Assembly (NCBI GenBank): GCA_963735895.1
Contig: CAVTMQ010000002.1
Span: 305,938-369,937, forward strand
Source: an uncultured Acidobacteriaceae bacterium
GTDB lineage: Bacteria > Acidobacteriota > Terriglobia > Terriglobales > Acidobacteriaceae
DNA length: 64,000 bases
Reading direction: 5' to 3'
The translations under genes and the position numbers were made by a program. The number at the start of each line of letters is the position of its first letter. Position 1 is the stretch's first letter. A model generated the notes under the pieces. The model saw nothing but the letters and a program-made list of their open reading frames with translations. It had not been told where the DNA came from and made no database searches. This document shows positions 20,692 to 33,302 of the stretch, in pieces.

Positions 20692-21382
20692 GCACCGCAG
20701 CCGACTCGTTCGGCAATGCCTCCGGCTGCGAGAACTGCAGGCTCTCCGGCGCCACCGCGCCTCCCGTCATGAGCATGCTCATTGCCTGCTCCATCGTCAG
20801 ATCCGTGCTGGTCACCCGGCTCAGCGGCAGCAGTTGCAGAAACGCCGATGTCGGATTGATCGCATTCGGCAGCAGAACTGCTGCCAGTTCTTCGCCGGTG
20901 TTTGAGTCGACCATCGTGCGCGTCAAAAACCCGATGCTCTTCTGTCCGGCAATCGGAAAATCCACCAGTACTACCCTCTGACTGGTGTCCTTCTTCGCCA
21001 TCATCGAGTCCAGCAATTGCCGCACCGATGTATACACCTTGGCCACAAATGGGAGACGCTCCAGCAGCGACTCAAACAGGCCGAACGCCTGCCGCCCGAT
21101 CACCAGCGAAGTCACGCGTCCAAGCACATACAGCACCACCAGCGTCAGTACGACCGCCACCACCGACTGCGCCCACGGCTGCGCCAGTCCTTCTTGGGGA
21201 AAGACCGACGTCAGCATATGCACGAGCGGCAAACCCGCCTTTGCCAGGTTCCCAAGCACAAAACTGAATACGAGCCACGTCACAAACAGCGGCCCTATCG
21301 TGATGATCCCAGCCAGAATATTGCGCTGCAAACTGCGCAAAGGACGTGCAATTACTCGTTTCACACTTGGCTCCTGCTCCAA
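20675..21382 (-). CDS. DUF502 membrane protein
   Basis: ILAGIITIGPLFVT, 'RLPFVAKVYTSVRQL', 'LPNAINPTSAFL', 'EQAMSMLMTGG'. Confidence 0.85.
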   Translation of the reverse strand: MEQEPSVKRVIARPLRSLQRNILAGIITIGPLFVTWLVFSFVLGNLAKAGLPLVHMLTSVFPQEGLAQPWAQSVVAVVLTLVVLYVLGRVTSLVIGRQAFGLFESLLERLPFVAKVYTSVRQLLDSMMAKKDTSQRVVLVDFPIAGQKSIGFLTRTMVDSNTGEELAAVLLPNAINPTSAFLQLLPLSRVTSTDLTMEQAMSMLMTGGAVAPESLQFSQPEALPNESAAVLTQPR

Positions 21383-21462
21383 AGCATACGAGAATTGCGT
21401 CCCGGTTTTTCAGAATTGGGCTTTCGCGCGGCTTCCCCTATAGTGAAAAGAACGGTGCTTCC

Positions 21463-22146
21463 ATGATTGATCCCATTGGTCCAGATCCGACCGACCCTAT
21501 CGCATCTTCCCGCCAGGTAGCTGAAGTAGTCCCTGAATCCGCGGCTCGGGAATCGATGTCCCCACTCAGGCCAAAGGTTCGCCACGCCAACTACGACAGC
21601 CCGGAAGCACTGTCCAGGCCAGCTCCACCTCCTCAACCGATCGCAGCCGTTCTCCCGCCTCCAACCTACAAACCGGTTCCGATTCCAACTGCCCTCGCCC
21701 GCTCCTCGCCTAATCCACAAAAACCCACCAGGTTCGAACGCGCCATCGGCATCGCAAAAACGGTTCTGCCTCTCGTCGGCAAGATGCTACCGCTGCTCGA
21801 AGGCAACGTCGTCGCTGCGGCATCCAATCTGCTCAATCACCCTGCACAGCAGGTGAATCTCAAGCCACTGGAAGAGTCAATCTCCCGCCTCCAGGCCGAT
21901 CACCGTGCCCTCGCTTTCCACACCAGCGAGCAGAAACGTACCCTGCGCCGCCTTGAAGACGACTTCGCCGCGCTCCAGGAATCTGTGCAGAAAAATGCTG
22001 CTGATCAGGCCGAGTTGATCGAACATGTCGCCAAACTCGCCAAACGTACCTCTTCCTTCATGCGCCTGGTCGTGATCCTCCTGGTCGTCTCCATCCTGTT
22101 TTCTGCCCTGCTATGTATCCGGATTGCCTACCTCATTCGTTTCTAA
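21463..22146 (+). CDS. Hypothetical protein (Pro-rich N-terminus, coiled coil, C-terminal TM anchor)
   Basis: Composition and codon usage. Start at ATG 21463. Confidence 0.7.
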   Translation: MIDPIGPDPTDPIASSRQVAEVVPESAARESMSPLRPKVRHANYDSPEALSRPAPPPQPIAAVLPPPTYKPVPIPTALARSSPNPQKPTRFERAIGIAKTVLPLVGKMLPLLEGNVVAAASNLLNHPAQQVNLKPLEESISRLQADHRALAFHTSEQKRTLRRLEDDFAALQESVQKNAADQAELIEHVAKLAKRTSSFMRLVVILLVVSILFSALLCIRIAYLIRF

Positions 22147-22463
22147 GCGACGTCCCTCTGCCCCAAACAGAGCTCTCGCTGGCCCCAAAACTGTCCATCT
22201 CACCCAAATCCAGCCCCTGTTTCTCCAGATTTTGATGTAGGAAATAATAATTTGCGTATTGTGAATATGTTTTAAATCTCCCTACTCACCTTTTACGATC
22301 TTCGTGATGCAAAACATTGCCAGTCGTCTTATGGCGGGACTACTATTCCCGGTAGTTCAATTGGGGATCATTCGCCCTGTGTCGAACCGCTGTCCACACT
22401 GAGTTCACAGAGCTTCACTAACGAGCGGCGCTTACCCGCGTCCCGCACACGGAGTGCCTCCAT

Positions 22464-23273
22464 ATGGCATGGTATGCCTATTGCATTGGTGAAAAACAAG
22501 CCTTCCCTGAACTAGCACGCCACCGAAAACCCGTTCCGCTTGAAGCAGTCCACGGAGTAAGCGGAAATCAGGTTTTCCTCTACCCAGCCAGTGACCTCGC
22601 CATTATCGTTAGCGAACACAACCCGGCAGAAAGTTTGAACCAGAAATCGGGTGTGGATCATGCAAGAGTCATTGCTGATTGCTTCAAGCACTCCACCGTC
22701 CTTCCTTTCCGCTTCGGCACCATCTTCAATGACGACGAAAGCCTCCGCAAATCCATCCGATCTAACCAGCGACAGTTCCTCGGTAACATCGACAAGCTGC
22801 GCGGCAAAACCGAGATGCACCTCAAGATCCTCGTCGACGACTGCGCTTGCGGTCGCGAATTGACCCAGCTCCCGGCAGACAAAGTGGGCCGTGGTTATTT
22901 GACCAATCTGCGCGAAACGGCAGCACGCCAGCGGGAACGCCAGACCAGGGCCCGCGCGGTCAGCTTCCAGATGCACCGCCTCTTCATGCCCCTCGATGAA
23001 GAAGTAAGCTGTCGCCTCACCGAAACCGGAAAGATGGTCCTCGATATCGCCCACCTGATCGATCGCAAGTACGTGGAGCGCTACCAGAACAAATTCACCA
23101 CAACCAGCGCCATGATGCACGACTGCCAGATGCAGGTATCCGGCCCCTGGCCTCCGTATCATTTCGTGCACCGCCTCACCCGCGGCGCACACATCCCGGC
23201 GCAGCCCACATCTACGGAGATAGTCACGACTGTGGCGACATCAACGCCACAGCCCGTAGCCGCAATGGTGTAA
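22464..23273 (+). CDS. GvpL/GvpF-family protein (orphan)
   Basis: YAYCI, 'DHARVI...TVLPFRFGTIF', 'LDIAHLI', 'VSGPWPPYHFV'. Confidence 0.85.
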   Translation: MAWYAYCIGEKQAFPELARHRKPVPLEAVHGVSGNQVFLYPASDLAIIVSEHNPAESLNQKSGVDHARVIADCFKHSTVLPFRFGTIFNDDESLRKSIRSNQRQFLGNIDKLRGKTEMHLKILVDDCACGRELTQLPADKVGRGYLTNLRETAARQRERQTRARAVSFQMHRLFMPLDEEVSCRLTETGKMVLDIAHLIDRKYVERYQNKFTTTSAMMHDCQMQVSGPWPPYHFVHRLTRGAHIPAQPTSTEIVTTVATSTPQPVAAMV

Positions 23274-23293
23274 CCAACTTGCTGGATCAACCC

Positions 23294-23319
23294 AAAAGCC
23301 CGGCTTCGGCCGGGCTTTT
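23294..23319 (+). terminator. Intrinsic terminator (UUCG loop), potentially bidirectional
   Basis: AAAAGCCCGGC-TTCG-GCCGGGCTTTT. Confidence 0.85.
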
Positions 23320-23377
23320 CGCTGGCCTGAAACTGGTCATAAACATTGCATAACGACGAGCCAAGCCTCTCCCAATC

Positions 23378-23418
23378 AAAGCGCCCTCACCAGGTTCAAC
23401 TGGGTGAGGGCGTTTTTT
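23378..23418. terminator. Second intrinsic terminator hairpin
   Basis: CGCCCTCACC...GGTGAGGGCG flanked by A and T runs. Confidence 0.7.
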
Positions 23419-23447
23419 GTTGGTTCAGATTCTCTGAAATTCGACTC

Positions 23448-24488
23448 CTACGCCGCCACTTCCACTTCGGCGCTCAGCGCTACGATCGCCGCCAGGCAAT
23501 CGTTGCGGCTGACATCGTGATGCGTAACGACTCGGATCGCATTCGGCCCCACTGTGCTCATCAATATGCCGCGAGCCTTCAATCGCGCCACAAGCTCCGC
23601 CGCACTCACCTCACCAGTGAGCTTGAAGATCACGATGTTGGTCTCTACCGAATCGACGTCGATTTCCACGCAGTCGAGATGCGAAAGTGCCTCCGCAATC
23701 AGCCGTGCATTTGCATGATCCTCATGCAGCCGCGCCGGCATCTGTTCCAGCGCAATCAACCCCGCCGCCGCCAGCACGCCTACCTGCCGCATTCCGCCGC
23801 CCAGCGCCTTGCGATAGATCCGCGCCTGCCCCATCAGCTCCGCCGATCCCACCAGCATCGACCCCACCGGCGCACACAGTCCCTTTGACAGGCAGAACAT
23901 GACGGTGTCAAATCCACGCGTCAGCGTCTTGACATCTACGCCCAGCGCCGTGGAAGCGTTGAAAATTCGTGCGCCATCCAGGTGCACTGGCAGCTTGCGC
24001 TCTTTCGCGTTCGTCCAAATCTCTTCCATTATCTTGAGAGACGTGCAGCGCCCGCCGGTGAGGTTCGCCGTGTTTTCAATCTCGATCAAACCGGTCGCTG
24101 CGCGAAACGATCCGCACTTGTAGATCACTGGCTCAATGTCGGCCCAGGTCAGTGTGCCGCGCTCCGTCGGCACCGCGCGCACCAGGCAGCCTGAGAACAC
24201 CGCCGTCGTCGCCATCTCCCAATCGAGGATGTGCGAGCGCGATTCACAGACCACTTCCTGCCCCGGCTGGGTCAGCAATCGGATCGCAATCTGATTCCCC
24301 ATCGTGCCCGTCGGCACAAATAGCGCATCCTCGCGCCCGAAGATCTCCGCAGCCCGCTTCTCCAGCAGGTTGGCGGTCGGATCCTCGCCGTACACATCAT
24401 CACCCACCTCAGCAGCCGCCATTGCCGCGCGCATCTCCGGCGTAGGCCGCGTCACCGTATCCGACCGCAAATCAATCAATCTCACCAA
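23448..24488 (-). CDS. ltaE: Low-specificity L-threonine aldolase
   Basis: [44 protein letters not shown] (PLP lysine), LGGGMRQ. Confidence 0.95.
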   Translation of the reverse strand: MVRLIDLRSDTVTRPTPEMRAAMAAAEVGDDVYGEDPTANLLEKRAAEIFGREDALFVPTGTMGNQIAIRLLTQPGQEVVCESRSHILDWEMATTAVFSGCLVRAVPTERGTLTWADIEPVIYKCGSFRAATGLIEIENTANLTGGRCTSLKIMEEIWTNAKERKLPVHLDGARIFNASTALGVDVKTLTRGFDTVMFCLSKGLCAPVGSMLVGSAELMGQARIYRKALGGGMRQVGVLAAAGLIALEQMPARLHEDHANARLIAEALSHLDCVEIDVDSVETNIVIFKLTGEVSAAELVARLKARGILMSTVGPNAIRVVTHHDVSRNDCLAAIVALSAEVEVAA

Positions 24489-24513
24489 ACCTCGCTCCTC
24501 ATTTCAACAACTC

Positions 24514-24551
24514 TGATCACTGTTCACTGGCCACTGTCCACTTCTTCACTG
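24514..24551. repeat. Short tandem heptamer repeat (TGNYCAC, about 5 units)
   Basis: TGATCAC TGTTCAC TGGCCAC TGTCCAC TTCTTCAC TG in the intergenic spacer. Confidence 0.6.
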
Positions 24552-24575
24552 CGAACTCTGAACCGTGAGCTGCCT

Positions 24576-25565
24576 TTACGGTATCTGCGCCATCGGCAAT
24601 TCCATCACTGGCGTCACCTTCCCGTTCGTCGACGCATAGGCCCACATCCCATGAAAGTTCTCGCGCAATCCCGGCTGCGCCTTCAGCAGTGCGCCCAGCA
24701 CGGCAATCGCTTCTGTCCGCGCTACTGCAGGATCGCCTGTTCCCGTCGACTCATACGTCACGCCCAGGTCCGGCTCGTGCAGCGATGCATCCAGCCGAAT
24801 GCCATCGATCTTCCAGGTACGATCGCCGCTGGTCACAGAATACGGAAATGTGTCTTCCGATGGGCCACCCTTGATCTGCGATTGCTCCTGGATCAGCTTG
24901 TCCAGGTTTGGCGATGAGAGAAAGTCCACCGGCAGTTCCAGGTAGCGCGCGGCATCGTAGCAGTACCACGCAGCCCACGGCAGATTGCTGTGCGCCAGTT
25001 CGCGCGCACGCGTCCAGTACCACACTCCGTCATGCCCGTCGAAGGCGCCCTGCCGCGCTGAAAATCCGCCTAGCTTCCAGCCCGAAGCACCTGTCGTATC
25101 CCACGCGAGTACAAATCCCATCTGCCCCGCCAAAGGCGATCCCGCCGCATCCGAAAGCAGCACTGCGTACTTCCCCGGCGGCAGCGCATGCATGCTGATT
25201 GTCACGGTCATCGATCCATTGGCATTCGAGCAGAAGAACTGCGTGTCCGATGGCGCCGTCAACGTGGTTGCATCCAGCAGATACACGTTGCGGAGCTGAA
25301 CCTTGCCGCCTTTTACCAACGGCGCAGCCTGCTCCACGGCCCCGCGAATCCCGTCCCATTGCCCCGCCAGGGATGGGAGCAGTACAGTCTGCAGCGCGCT
25401 CGTATCCTGTCGCAGCACAGCGTCGGAAAGCTGCTCTCCCAGGGATGCCAGCGTGCCACGGTCTTCCGGCGTTAATGCCGACTGCGTTGTGCAACTTGCG
25501 GCAAATCCCGCCGCTGGGGCCGCTATCAAAATTGCGGCAATGAAACTCCTCAAGCAGAGGCGCAT
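24576..25565 (-). CDS. Exported hypothetical protein
   Basis: Signal peptide MRLCLRSFIAAILIAAPAAGFA, globular body. Function not recognised. Confidence 0.8.
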   Translation of the reverse strand: MRLCLRSFIAAILIAAPAAGFAASCTTQSALTPEDRGTLASLGEQLSDAVLRQDTSALQTVLLPSLAGQWDGIRGAVEQAAPLVKGGKVQLRNVYLLDATTLTAPSDTQFFCSNANGSMTVTISMHALPPGKYAVLLSDAAGSPLAGQMGFVLAWDTTGASGWKLGGFSARQGAFDGHDGVWYWTRARELAHSNLPWAAWYCYDAARYLELPVDFLSSPNLDKLIQEQSQIKGGPSEDTFPYSVTSGDRTWKIDGIRLDASLHEPDLGVTYESTGTGDPAVARTEAIAVLGALLKAQPGLRENFHGMWAYASTNGKVTPVMELPMAQIP

Positions 25566-25800
25566 TTGTTGCGTTTCCTCTCTTCCGCAAAGCGTGCTTC
25601 GAAACTTGAGTGCTCTCCGCTTCACCGAATGTGGGACCGGGAGACAAGCCGGTTCCATGAACTTCGCCGGCCGCATACGCCGATTTACGAAACACGCTCT
25701 GAAAACTATATGAGCGTTCGACGGCCACTGATAGTCTAATGCAGTGGGGTGGTTCGAATCCGACCCTGCGGGCGCGCCCGACCCCATCGAAGTGTTTCCC

Positions 25801-26583
25801 ATGCGTACATTTGCAGCGCTGCAATTTCGCATCCCTCCACCCTCCACTTGGCAGTGTGTGGTGCTATCCAGCGCATTCCTGGCTGGCAGCCTGATTTGCG
25901 GCTCGTTGAGTGTGGCGCAATCCACGTCTCCCGGCGCTGAACAACCGCACGCGAAACAACCACGCTCCCATAAAGCATCCGCGAATCAGCAGTCCGCTCC
26001 TGCTCCCGTCGCACAAACTCCGCCTCCCATGCCCGATTGGCCGGTGAATGACAAGCCCAATCCCGCTTCGGTCGTATGGGATGCCACCGGCCTGCGCATC
26101 AATGCCTCCAATGCCAGCCTCCAGCAGATTCTCAGCGAGGTCTCTACTGAGACGGGCACGAAGATCGAAGGTATGGGCGCCGACCTCCGCGTTTATGGAA
26201 ATTACGGTCCAGGTGAGGCGCGCGATGTGATCTCGCAACTTTTACAGGGCTCTGGATACAACGTGCTGCTTGCGGGAAACATTGGCCACGGCGCTCCGCG
26301 CGAAGTTGTCCTTAGCCCCCGCCAGTCCCGCTCCTCGAGCGCTGCGCCCAACTCCATGAATCGCCCGCAGCAGGACGGGGATGAGGACATTTCCGAGCAG
26401 CCAGAGGAGCAACCTCAACCCCAGGCTCCAGTTCAGCCTCCTCAGACACCAAACGGCCCGCGTCCGGGATTCGGCCCCAATGGCCCCGTCCGCACTCCAC
26501 AGCAGGTGATGGAAGAGATGCAGCAGCGGCAACTCCTGCAGCAGCAGCAAATACAGCAGCAGCAACAGAATCCTCAGCAATAA
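25801..26583 (+). CDS. Exported protein with secretin/TonB short-N-like domain and Pro/Gln-rich tail
   Basis: 'LRINASNASLQQILSEVSTETGTKIEG...DVISQLLQGSGYNVL' resembles STN/N0 domains. Poly-Gln C-terminus. Confidence 0.6.
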   Translation: MRTFAALQFRIPPPSTWQCVVLSSAFLAGSLICGSLSVAQSTSPGAEQPHAKQPRSHKASANQQSAPAPVAQTPPPMPDWPVNDKPNPASVVWDATGLRINASNASLQQILSEVSTETGTKIEGMGADLRVYGNYGPGEARDVISQLLQGSGYNVLLAGNIGHGAPREVVLSPRQSRSSSAAPNSMNRPQQDGDEDISEQPEEQPQPQAPVQPPQTPNGPRPGFGPNGPVRTPQQVMEEMQQRQLLQQQQIQQQQQNPQQ

Positions 26584-26709
26584 AGCACGGTTAATGCCAC
26601 GGTTTCCCGCTTTTTAGCTGCATTTTTGATCGAAAAATAGCCAGAAAAGCAGATAATTCGAGACCGCCGCATCCTGCAGCAGTCAATGATTCTTTACTTG
26701 GAGGTTCGA

Positions 26710-26874
26710 TTATTCAGGGGCTAGTTGCGGCTGCACCTTCATGGGCACCGGCGCTGTACGCGGCCGCATCAGCGCAAAGCCAACGCGAAATATTGCATAA
26801 GCGGTAAGAACACCAAACGCCATCGATCCAACTGCGGCGCAAACCAACATCACTAAGGAAAATACGTCTGCCAT
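26710..26874 (-). CDS. Small membrane protein, 54 aa (below the ORF-track cutoff)
   Basis: MADVFSLVMLVCAAVGSMAFGVLTAYAIFRVGFALMRPRTAPVPMKVQPQLAPE*. Long hydrophobic segment in an otherwise empty intergenic gap. Confidence 0.6.
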   Translation of the reverse strand: MADVFSLVMLVCAAVGSMAFGVLTAYAIFRVGFALMRPRTAPVPMKVQPQLAPE

Positions 26875-26995
26875 CTTTTTAGACCCCCGTCGAATATCGC
26901 TGGGGAAAGTTCCTCTTCATTTATTTGCTTCATGCTTCCATTTTCATTAGACGCTGAAGCTTTGTTGCAAGGATTGTCGCAGAAAATCAGGCGCG

Positions 26996-27025
26996 TTGAC
27001 CCTTGTTTCTGTTGCCAAATAGAAT
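26996..27025 (+). promoter_or_regulatory. Probable sigma70 promoter of uvrA
   Basis: TTGACC-18-TAGAAT. Confidence 0.5.
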
Positions 27026-27105
27026 ACCCCTAAGTACGTCCGTAATCCTGGACGGGGCTCTATAACGAAGGTTCACAGCACCCGCCGTCTCCACTTCGCC
27101 TGACC

Positions 27106-30207
<3,102 letters not shown>

Positions 30208-30211
<4 letters not shown>

Positions 30212-31278
30212 GCACATTCCCCGAACCAATGCCGAACGAGCCCGAGGATTCACTCGCCGGCGAAGACGTCGCACCGCCTTCCACAGATCCCCTCGCACCT
30301 GAAAACACCCCAGCACCGCCCGCAGAATGGACCGGCGAACCCGAAGATCCCAACCCGTCGTCTGACCTCGCCGCACCCGCGATCAACGGTGCACTTCCCG
30401 TCGGCGAAGAGCTTTTCCGTGAACCGACATTTGACGTCCAACCGCAGCCATCACTCACTTCTTTCAGTGAAGAACGCATTCCACATCTCGGCCACGTCGC
30501 GCTGCTCGGCCTGCTGATTCTTTTCGGCTTGATCGGGACCATGATGATCGTGCCGCTCGGGCTGCACTTCCGTATCTTTGGCATCACCAGCCTCGCCGAA
30601 GCCGCTACCGATTACCGTTACGCGCTGGGCAGTCAGGCGGCTCAGTACTTCATCACCTTTGCTGGTTGTCTCATCGTCTTCCCCATCATCTGGCGTAAGC
30701 CTTTCTTCGACGGGATTCATTGGAACGGCGAAACAGCGTTCCGCCGCAGAGGACGGCTCATCAGCGCCGCCGTCGTTTGCTTCTTCGTGGCCATGATCAA
30801 CGGTGTGCTCATGCCCGGTCCCGCGAACGCGCCCATTGACGACCTCTTTAAGGCACCCGGAGCCGCCTGGGTCCTCTTCGCCTTTGGTGTAACGCTCGCA
30901 CCCTTCTTTGAAGAAATGGCGTTCCGCGGATTTCTGCTCCCCGCGCTTTGTACTGCATACGATTGGTGCTTCGAACACTTCACCGGCGCGCCCCGGCGTC
31001 CGCTTGACGAGGACGACAACCCGCAGTGGTCTCTTTCCGCCATGATCGTGGCTTCCCTGCTCACCAGCATTCCCTTTGCGCTCATGCATGGCGCGCAGAC
31101 CAGCTGGTCATTGGGTCCGTTTCTGCTGCTCATTTTTGTCAGCCTCGTCCTCTGCTGGGTTCGCCTTCGCACCCGTTCGCTCGCCGCAAGCACCATAGTT
31201 CATGCCTGCTACAACTTCATGCTCTTCTCCTTCATGCTGCTAGGCACCGGCGGTTTCAAACACCTCGACAAGATGTGA
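30208..31278 (+). CDS. CPBP (Abi/CAAX-type II) intramembrane metalloprotease
   Basis: APFFEEMAFRGFL, FALMH, IVHACYNF motifs. Multi-TM. Confidence 0.9.
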
Positions 31279-31302
31279 GAGAAGGCTTTCCCAAATTAGC
31301 GA

Positions 31303-31372
31303 TGTCATTCTGAGTGAACGAGGCTCCAAACGCTTTTCAGTTTGGAGGTGGCAAGCGAAGAATCTGGTTTTG
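31303..31372 (+). repeat. REP-like repeat, family A, copy 4 (variant)
   Basis: TGTCATTCTGAGTG...GAAGAATCTGG, with a compensatory ATTC/GAAT in place of ATCC/GGAT. Inner hairpin CTCCAAAC...GTTTGGAG. Confidence 0.75.
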
Positions 31373-31473
31373 CATTTCTGTTTCGGATTGAGAGACTCAG
31401 ACTCACTGACTACCCTGAACGCCAGGGGCTAATAGCTGGAAGCTGGCGACTTTGGGCCTTTACAATCGCATTG

Positions 31474-32079
31474 ATGTCCACCCACGCCGCACAACTCCTC
31501 TCTCTCCTCGCCCGCACCAGCTTCAAGCTTGGCCAGTTCAAGCTCTCCTCCGGTGGCACCAGCGACTACTACATCGACTGCCGCACCACCACCCTCCACG
31601 CCGAAGGCGGCCGCCTCACCGGACATGCCGTGCTTGAACTCCTGGAGGAGAATCATATCGACGCCGACGCCGTCGGCGGACTCACCATGGGCGCCGACCC
31701 CATCGTCTCCAACGTCGCCACGGCCAGCGCCTGGCGCGCGCAACAGCTTCCCGGATCACCCCTTCTCCACGGCTTCCTCGTTCGCAAGGCCGAAAAGGCT
31801 CATGGCACCGGCCGCCGCATCGAAGGCTTCTGCCGCGAGGGCGCCCGCGTCGTCATCGTCGACGACGTCTGCACCACCGGCGCCTCCACCATCGCCGCCA
31901 TTGAAGCAGCGCGCGAAGCGGGCATGATCGTCGCCGCCGTCGTCTGCATTGTTGAACGCGAAGAAGCGAATGGCCGCCCCGCAGTCGAGGTCGCTGCGCA
32001 AGGAGCACCTTTCTTAAGCCTCTTCACCGCCACCCAGGTCCGTGCCGAACACATCCGCCAGCTCGAGTCGGCTCGTTGA
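31474..32079 (+). CDS. pyrE: Orotate phosphoribosyltransferase
   Basis: F.LSSG..SDYYIDCR, VGGLTMGADP, VRK..K.HGT, VIVDDVCTTGAS. TACAAT lies 7 nt upstream of the ATG. Confidence 0.95.
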   Translation: MSTHAAQLLSLLARTSFKLGQFKLSSGGTSDYYIDCRTTTLHAEGGRLTGHAVLELLEENHIDADAVGGLTMGADPIVSNVATASAWRAQQLPGSPLLHGFLVRKAEKAHGTGRRIEGFCREGARVVIVDDVCTTGASTIAAIEAAREAGMIVAAVVCIVEREEANGRPAVEVAAQGAPFLSLFTATQVRAEHIRQLESAR

Positions 32080-32094
32080 TATTTCCGCCAAAGG

Positions 32095-32130
32095 AAAACA
32101 GGCCATCCGGGTTTACCCTGGATGGCCTGT
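32095..32130 (-). terminator. Intrinsic terminator between pyrE and the OmpA gene
   Basis: ACAGGCCATCC...GGATGGCCTGT, with the T run on the minus strand. Confidence 0.75.
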
Positions 32131-32141
32131 AACTCTTGGTG

Positions 32142-32246
32142 CTTTAATTTATCGATTCTTTTTATCGATATTGGCTCACGCCTTTAATCATCTATTTAGG
32201 CTTTCAACTCACGCCTTTAATCTTTCTATCTTTAATCTCCCTAATC
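32142..32246 (-). repeat. AT-rich repeated-motif tract in the 3' region of the OmpA gene
   Basis: CTCACGCCTTTAATC twice (32175-32189, 32208-32222), further CTTTAAT/CCTAATC units, and TTTATCGAT twice. Confidence 0.7.
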
Positions 32247-32267
32247 TATGAACAGCTCGAACGATCT

Positions 32268-33008
32268 TTAGTTGCTGCTGGGTGGCGGCGGCGCGGCCTG
32301 CGAAGTTGTTGCAGGTGCCTGTCCGTTGCTCATATTGCTCAACAGCTGTATTTCCACGCGGCGATTCTGCTTGCGTCCCTCAGCGGTATTGTTGGGGGCA
32401 ACTTCCTTGTCCTTGCCGATGCCGATCAGGTAGAAGCGATGTGCCGCAACGCCGTACTTCGAAGCCAGGTACTGCACCACGGCATCGGCGCGACGATTAC
32501 TCAGGTCGTAGTTGTATTCGGCAGAGCCGATCGAGTCTGTCCCTCCAGTAACTTCGAGGATGTAGCTCTTCGCGGTTCCAAGCTGCGCTGCGAAGCTGTC
32601 GAGCTGATCCTTGTCGTCCTTGGTCAGCACAGCCTTGTCAAAGCCGAAATTCACCGTGACATTCGCCATCGACTTGTAATTATCCAAGCCCTTCACAACC
32701 GAATCCAGTGAGTCCGCGCGGTGAACGGCATCGTTTGCCGCTGTATCCGCATCGCCGGCAGCCTTGGTCGCGTTCTGTGCGTTCTGGGTAGCGGAATCGG
32801 CTGCGCTCTGCGCCTGCTTGATGCCCGCCGTGGCACGGTCATCCACATCATGTATGGCGCGGTTGTTGTCGGCTGTCTTCTGTTCCAGTTGGTTGGTGTG
32901 GTCAACAATAGGCGCTGTCTGGGATTTCACGTAGTTCTTGGTCGTGCAACCCGTCACGCCAACAAACGCTACGGCAGCTGCAATCAGCAATCCATGTGAA
33001 TTCTTCAT
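32268..33008 (-). CDS. OmpA-family peptidoglycan-associated lipoprotein with coiled-coil linker
   Basis: Lipobox VTGC; FGFDKA.L, GGTDSIGS.EYN..LS.RRA.AV..YL, NRRVEI. Confidence 0.9.
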   Translation of the reverse strand: MKNSHGLLIAAAVAFVGVTGCTTKNYVKSQTAPIVDHTNQLEQKTADNNRAIHDVDDRATAGIKQAQSAADSATQNAQNATKAAGDADTAANDAVHRADSLDSVVKGLDNYKSMANVTVNFGFDKAVLTKDDKDQLDSFAAQLGTAKSYILEVTGGTDSIGSAEYNYDLSNRRADAVVQYLASKYGVAAHRFYLIGIGKDKEVAPNNTAEGRKQNRRVEIQLLSNMSNGQAPATTSQAAPPPPSSN

Positions 33009-33302
33009 TGGTCTCCCCATTCCTTTACCGCCTCGATATTGCCTGACCCTCTTTTTTGACCACCACCAGGCGGGCGGCGACATTTCGTGTCGCCTTCTAC
33101 ACTGCATTCCTCCCTCCAAACAACGCTATTCTTGCAACTCGTTCAAATTAAGCAAGCTATGTCCTATCTGTGGAAAAATAGACGATGGTTCGGGATATGT
33201 ATTTTTTACCCTGTACTGTAAGCTTTGCATCTCCCGTCTTTTGGCCCCTTTTCGTCGAGGCCGGTATTCTAGGAATTGGCGCCTGAGGCGCTGCCCCCAT
33301 CA

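Noticed and set aside
23281-23292. GCTGGATCAACC, a 12-nt match to the anti-16S motif at 50772-50783
   Set aside because: It lacks the CCTCC core and any sORF or promoter context; plausibly chance.
26940-27105. LexA/SOS box upstream of uvrA
   Set aside because: No convincing GTTC-N7-GTTC, CTGT-N8-ACAG or GAAC-N4-GTTC site found by eye.
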